A stretch of DNA of 64,000 nucleotides, from positions 32,220 to 96,219 of the forward strand of contig CACFIX010000001.1 in NCBI GenBank assembly GCA_902566515.1, read 5' to 3'. The notes under the pieces were generated by a model. That model worked only from the letters and a program-made list of their open reading frames with translations, ran no database searches and was not told the origin of the DNA. Below, piece after piece: positions 60,889 to 64,000 of this stretch. How positions within the stretch are numbered: the stretch's first letter is position 1; the number at the start of each line of letters is the position of its first letter. This stretch comes from an uncultured Candidatus Actinomarina sp. (GTDB taxonomy: Bacteria; Actinomycetota; Acidimicrobiia; Actinomarinales; Actinomarinaceae). The position numbers and the translations under genes are program-made.

Positions 60889-63387
60889 GTGGTAATTCTC
60901 ATAGATGGTCATAGCATTGCTTTTAGAGCATTTTATGCACTTCCCGATTCTCTTGTTACAAAAGAAGGATTTCCTACGAACGTAATTCATGGTTTCTTGA
61001 TGATGATTTCTAAAATTATAAAAGATTTTGATACTGATAAATTAATAATTACATGGGATGTATCAAAAAAAACCTTTAGAACAGATTTATATAAAGATTA
61101 TAAAGGAAATAGAAAATCTGCTCCTGATGAATTCAAAATACAAGTAAAGGTTTTACAAAAACTAATAGAAAAATTCAATATTCCACAAGTATCTGTAGAA
61201 GGCTATGAAGCAGATGATGTACTCGGAACACTTTCAAAAAGTTTCAATGATAATAATGAAGAAGTTTTGATAGTAACTGGTGATAGAGATTCTTTTCAGC
61301 TAATAGGTGATAAAACAAATGTACTTTATACAAAAAGGGGAATTTCAGAAGTTGAGAGATTTGGTAAAGCAGAGTTTGAAGAAAAATTTAAAATTTCAAC
61401 TTCTCAATACATTGAATATTTAGGGTTAAAAGGTGATTCATCAGACAACATTCCAGGACTGCCAGGAGTAGGTGAAAAAACAGCAATTAATTTGCTTTCT
61501 GATTATGAAAATATAGAAAATATATATAAGAATCTTGATGACTTAACACCAAAATTAAGAGATACGTTCCAAGATAATAAAGATTTGCTGATGCTTAGTA
61601 AAGATCTTGCAACAATAAAGAGAGATTTAGACATTGATTTACCAGAAACAAAAATAAAAGATTCTATTTTTTTTAATGAGGAAGTGCTCGAAAATGCAAA
61701 AGATGAAATTATGAAATATGAACTAACAAGATTTTTAGGGGAAAGAAAAGATAGTACCATAATTAATAATTCTGAAGAACTAAAAATTGAATTTATTAAA
61801 GAAAAAATTGCTGATGAAAGTATAGTTTTTAATGTTGAAAATAAAAATTACTTTGTGAATAATAAATCATTTGGTGAATTTGAATCATTAGAACAATTTA
61901 ATAAGATAATTTCAATGTCATCACAAACATTTGCTCTAAATACAGAATTTGAGCTTAATATAGAAACTTTCTTGGCTTTTGATTGTTATTTGTTTTTAAA
62001 TGACCCAAGCATTAAACCAGACAATCTATTAAATATTGTCTATTACATTGATAAATATTCTGAAATTAATAAAAAATCAAATCTGACTGAATATTTATTA
62101 TTTTTTCAAAATAATTTTGATAATATAAAAAAACAATCCACAGACTTTAAAAAAGATAAAAAACTGTCCCAGATATACAAAGATATAGATTTTCCAATGT
62201 TAAACATTTTGTCTTCAATGGAAAAGGACGGCATATCGGTTTCGTTACCTAAGATGAAAAAACTATCAAAACAATTATTTAAAGAATTAGAATCTTTAAT
62301 CAATAAATGTTATGAGATTACAAATCAAGAATTTAATTTAAATTCTCCAAAACAACTTTCTGAAATATTTTATACTCAAATGAATTTTCCAGTTCTTAAA
62401 AAAACACCCAAAGGAGCGCCGTCTACAGATGCTTCAGTTTTAGAGGAATTATCAAAAGAACATGACTTACCAAAATATATTTTAAAATATAGAGAATTAG
62501 AAAAAATTAGATCAACATATGTTGATGGTTTAATTCCAGAAGTAACTAAACATAATAAAATTCACACTCACTTCAATTTATTTGGAACAGCAACAGGAAG
62601 ATTATCATCAGAAAAACCAAACCTACAAAATATTCCTAACAAGACAGATTTGGGTCAAAAAATAAGAGATTTCTTTATCAGTAAACCTAATTTTTCATTT
62701 ATTATCGCTGATTATTCTCAAATAGAGTTAAGGGTTCTTGCTCATTTGAGTCAAGATTCTACAATGATCGAAATATTAAAAAATAAAAAATCAGATATAC
62801 ATTCTGAAACTGCTTCTCGCATATTTAATGTACCAATAGGAGATGTTACTTCAGATATGAGAAGAAAAGCAAAAGAAGTAAATTTTGGCTTAATTTACGG
62901 GATGGAAGCCTTTGGACTTTCCAAAAGTTTAGATATAGAACAAAAAGAAGCTTCACAATTAATTGAATCTTATTTTTCTCAATTTCCTAAGATTAAAGGG
63001 TTTTTAGATAATATAGTCTTAAAAGCAACAAAAGATTCATTTACTGAAACTCTAATTGGTAGAAAAAGATATATTCGTGAACTAAATTCATCAAATTTTC
63101 AAGTTAAAGCTGCAGGGAAAAGAATAGCTATGAATGCTCCAATTCAGGGTACTGCTGCAGATATCATGAAAATTGCGATGATCAAAGTTGTGCATAAAAT
63201 AAAAGATTTAGACCAAACAAAATTACTTTTACAAATACATGACGAAATTATTATTGAAACCAAGAATTCATTAAGTTCCAAAGTAGAAAAAACTATTATT
63301 TCTGAAATGGAAAAAGCTATGAAATTAGACGTCCCTTTATTTGTAAATACTAAAGTATCTGGATCACTTGCAAATTTTAATAATTAG
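60889..63387 (+). CDS. polA: DNA polymerase I
   Basis: 5'-nuclease ILIDGHSIAFRAFYA, polymerase motifs ADYSQIELR, LQIHDEII; GTG start. Confidence 0.95.
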   Translation: MVILIDGHSIAFRAFYALPDSLVTKEGFPTNVIHGFLMMISKIIKDFDTDKLIITWDVSKKTFRTDLYKDYKGNRKSAPDEFKIQVKVLQKLIEKFNIPQVSVEGYEADDVLGTLSKSFNDNNEEVLIVTGDRDSFQLIGDKTNVLYTKRGISEVERFGKAEFEEKFKISTSQYIEYLGLKGDSSDNIPGLPGVGEKTAINLLSDYENIENIYKNLDDLTPKLRDTFQDNKDLLMLSKDLATIKRDLDIDLPETKIKDSIFFNEEVLENAKDEIMKYELTRFLGERKDSTIINNSEELKIEFIKEKIADESIVFNVENKNYFVNNKSFGEFESLEQFNKIISMSSQTFALNTEFELNIETFLAFDCYLFLNDPSIKPDNLLNIVYYIDKYSEINKKSNLTEYLLFFQNNFDNIKKQSTDFKKDKKLSQIYKDIDFPMLNILSSMEKDGISVSLPKMKKLSKQLFKELESLINKCYEITNQEFNLNSPKQLSEIFYTQMNFPVLKKTPKGAPSTDASVLEELSKEHDLPKYILKYRELEKIRSTYVDGLIPEVTKHNKIHTHFNLFGTATGRLSSEKPNLQNIPNKTDLGQKIRDFFISKPNFSFIIADYSQIELRVLAHLSQDSTMIEILKNKKSDIHSETASRIFNVPIGDVTSDMRRKAKEVNFGLIYGMEAFGLSKSLDIEQKEASQLIESYFSQFPKIKGFLDNIVLKATKDSFTETLIGRKRYIRELNSSNFQVKAAGKRIAMNAPIQGTAADIMKIAMIKVVHKIKDLDQTKLLLQIHDEIIIETKNSLSSKVEKTIISEMEKAMKLDVPLFVNTKVSGSLANFNN

Positions 63388-63452
63388 TTTGTAAAAAACT
63401 CAGATATGTTATTCTTATTGACGCAACACTATGATTGGAAAAAACTTAAATA

Positions 63453-64000
63453 ATGGCAAATAATAGCGACGAGGCATTAGTGCCCTCCAACGTAGTCTCT
63501 CTTCCAGATGATATAAAACCTGAGGATTTTCCGGAGCTTCTAGAACAAACTTTAGTATCTTTCAACAATGGCGATGTTATTGAAGGGACAATTGTAAGAG
63601 TTGACAGAAATGAAGTTATGGTTGATGTTGGTTATAAGTCAGAGGGTGTTATTCCATCAAGAGAGCTTTCTGTAAGAAAAGGTGTCAATCCTAAAGAAAT
63701 AGTAAATGAAGGTGACAAAATCCAAGCTTTAGTTTTAGACAAAGAAGACGATGAAGGAAGACTCATTCTTTCCGTTAAAAGAGCAGTCTATGAAAAAGCT
63801 TGGGAAGACATTCAAGAAATATCAGACAATAAGAAATCTATTAAAGGTACAGTTATTGAATCAGTCAAAGGCGGTCTCATTGTAGATATTGGTGTAAGAG
63901 GTTTTTTACCAGCGTCATTGATTGACGTCAGAAGAGTTAAAGAGCTTTCTTCATATATCGGTGAAGAAATTGAAGCAAAAATTTTAGAACTTGATAGACA
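63453..64000 (+). CDS. rpsA: 30S ribosomal protein S1 (3' end outside window)
   Basis: ATG at 63453 opens a frame to the window end: ...GDVIEGTIVRVDRNEVMVDVGYKSEGVIPSRELS (S1 domain); not in the ORF track because no stop is reached. Confidence 0.85.
   Translation, partial: MANNSDEALVPSNVVSLPDDIKPEDFPELLEQTLVSFNNGDVIEGTIVRVDRNEVMVDVGYKSEGVIPSRELSVRKGVNPKEIVNEGDKIQALVLDKEDDEGRLILSVKRAVYEKAWEDIQEISDNKKSIKGTVIESVKGGLIVDIGVRGFLPASLIDVRRVKELSSYIGEEIEAKILELDR

Noticed and set aside
1-64000. CRISPR arrays, transposases, integrases, phage genes, toxin-antitoxin pairs
   Set aside because: No direct-repeat arrays, no IS-like inverted repeats with transposase ORFs, no integrase next to the tRNA-Leu; the HNH and GIY-YIG proteins look like conserved housekeeping nucleases, not mobile elements

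Overview
The window reads as a core chromosomal region of a very AT-rich (roughly 30% GC), genome-streamlined bacterium. Gene content and synteny point to a low-GC actinobacterium, possibly a marine Actinomarinales-like lineage. The supporting evidence is the dcw cluster without ftsA followed by pgeF-yggS-sepF-yggT-ileS, the Nif3 - zinc-ribbon - RNase H trio, an MMPL transporter, an F420-type LLM oxidoreductase, DUF3040, type-2 IleS, the ileS-dksA-lspA-rluD-dnaE neighbourhood and polA-rpsA adjacency. This taxonomic call is an inference from gene content, not a database hit. Main blocks: (i) a 14-kb co-directional minus-strand string, ilvB-ilvN-ilvC-leuA-leuB - nitroreductase - TrmH - DnaQ/GIY-YIG nuclease - a System I cytochrome c maturation set (ccmA/B/C/E/F/H/I/G). 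An RNase P RNA gene (rnpB) follows directly and is absent from the ORF track; (ii) a Leu/Val/Ile-rich leader-peptide plus terminator attenuator upstream of ilvB; (iii) queG, ilvD and assorted metabolic genes; (iv) a near-complete dcw cluster mraZ-rsmH-ftsL-ftsI-murE-mraY-murD-ftsW-murG-murC-murB-ftsQ-ftsZ, preceded by MraZ-box-like repeats over a sigma70-like promoter and a GC-rich nested inverted repeat over the rsmH start; (v) ileS, dksA-like, lspA, rluA-family, dnaE, thyX, nth, ccdA, tRNA-Leu(CAA), polA and the 5' part of rpsA. No mobile elements, CRISPR arrays or obvious defence islands were seen. The notable signals are regulatory RNA structures and an unexpected System I Ccm cluster in an actinobacterial-type context, not a new multi-gene system.
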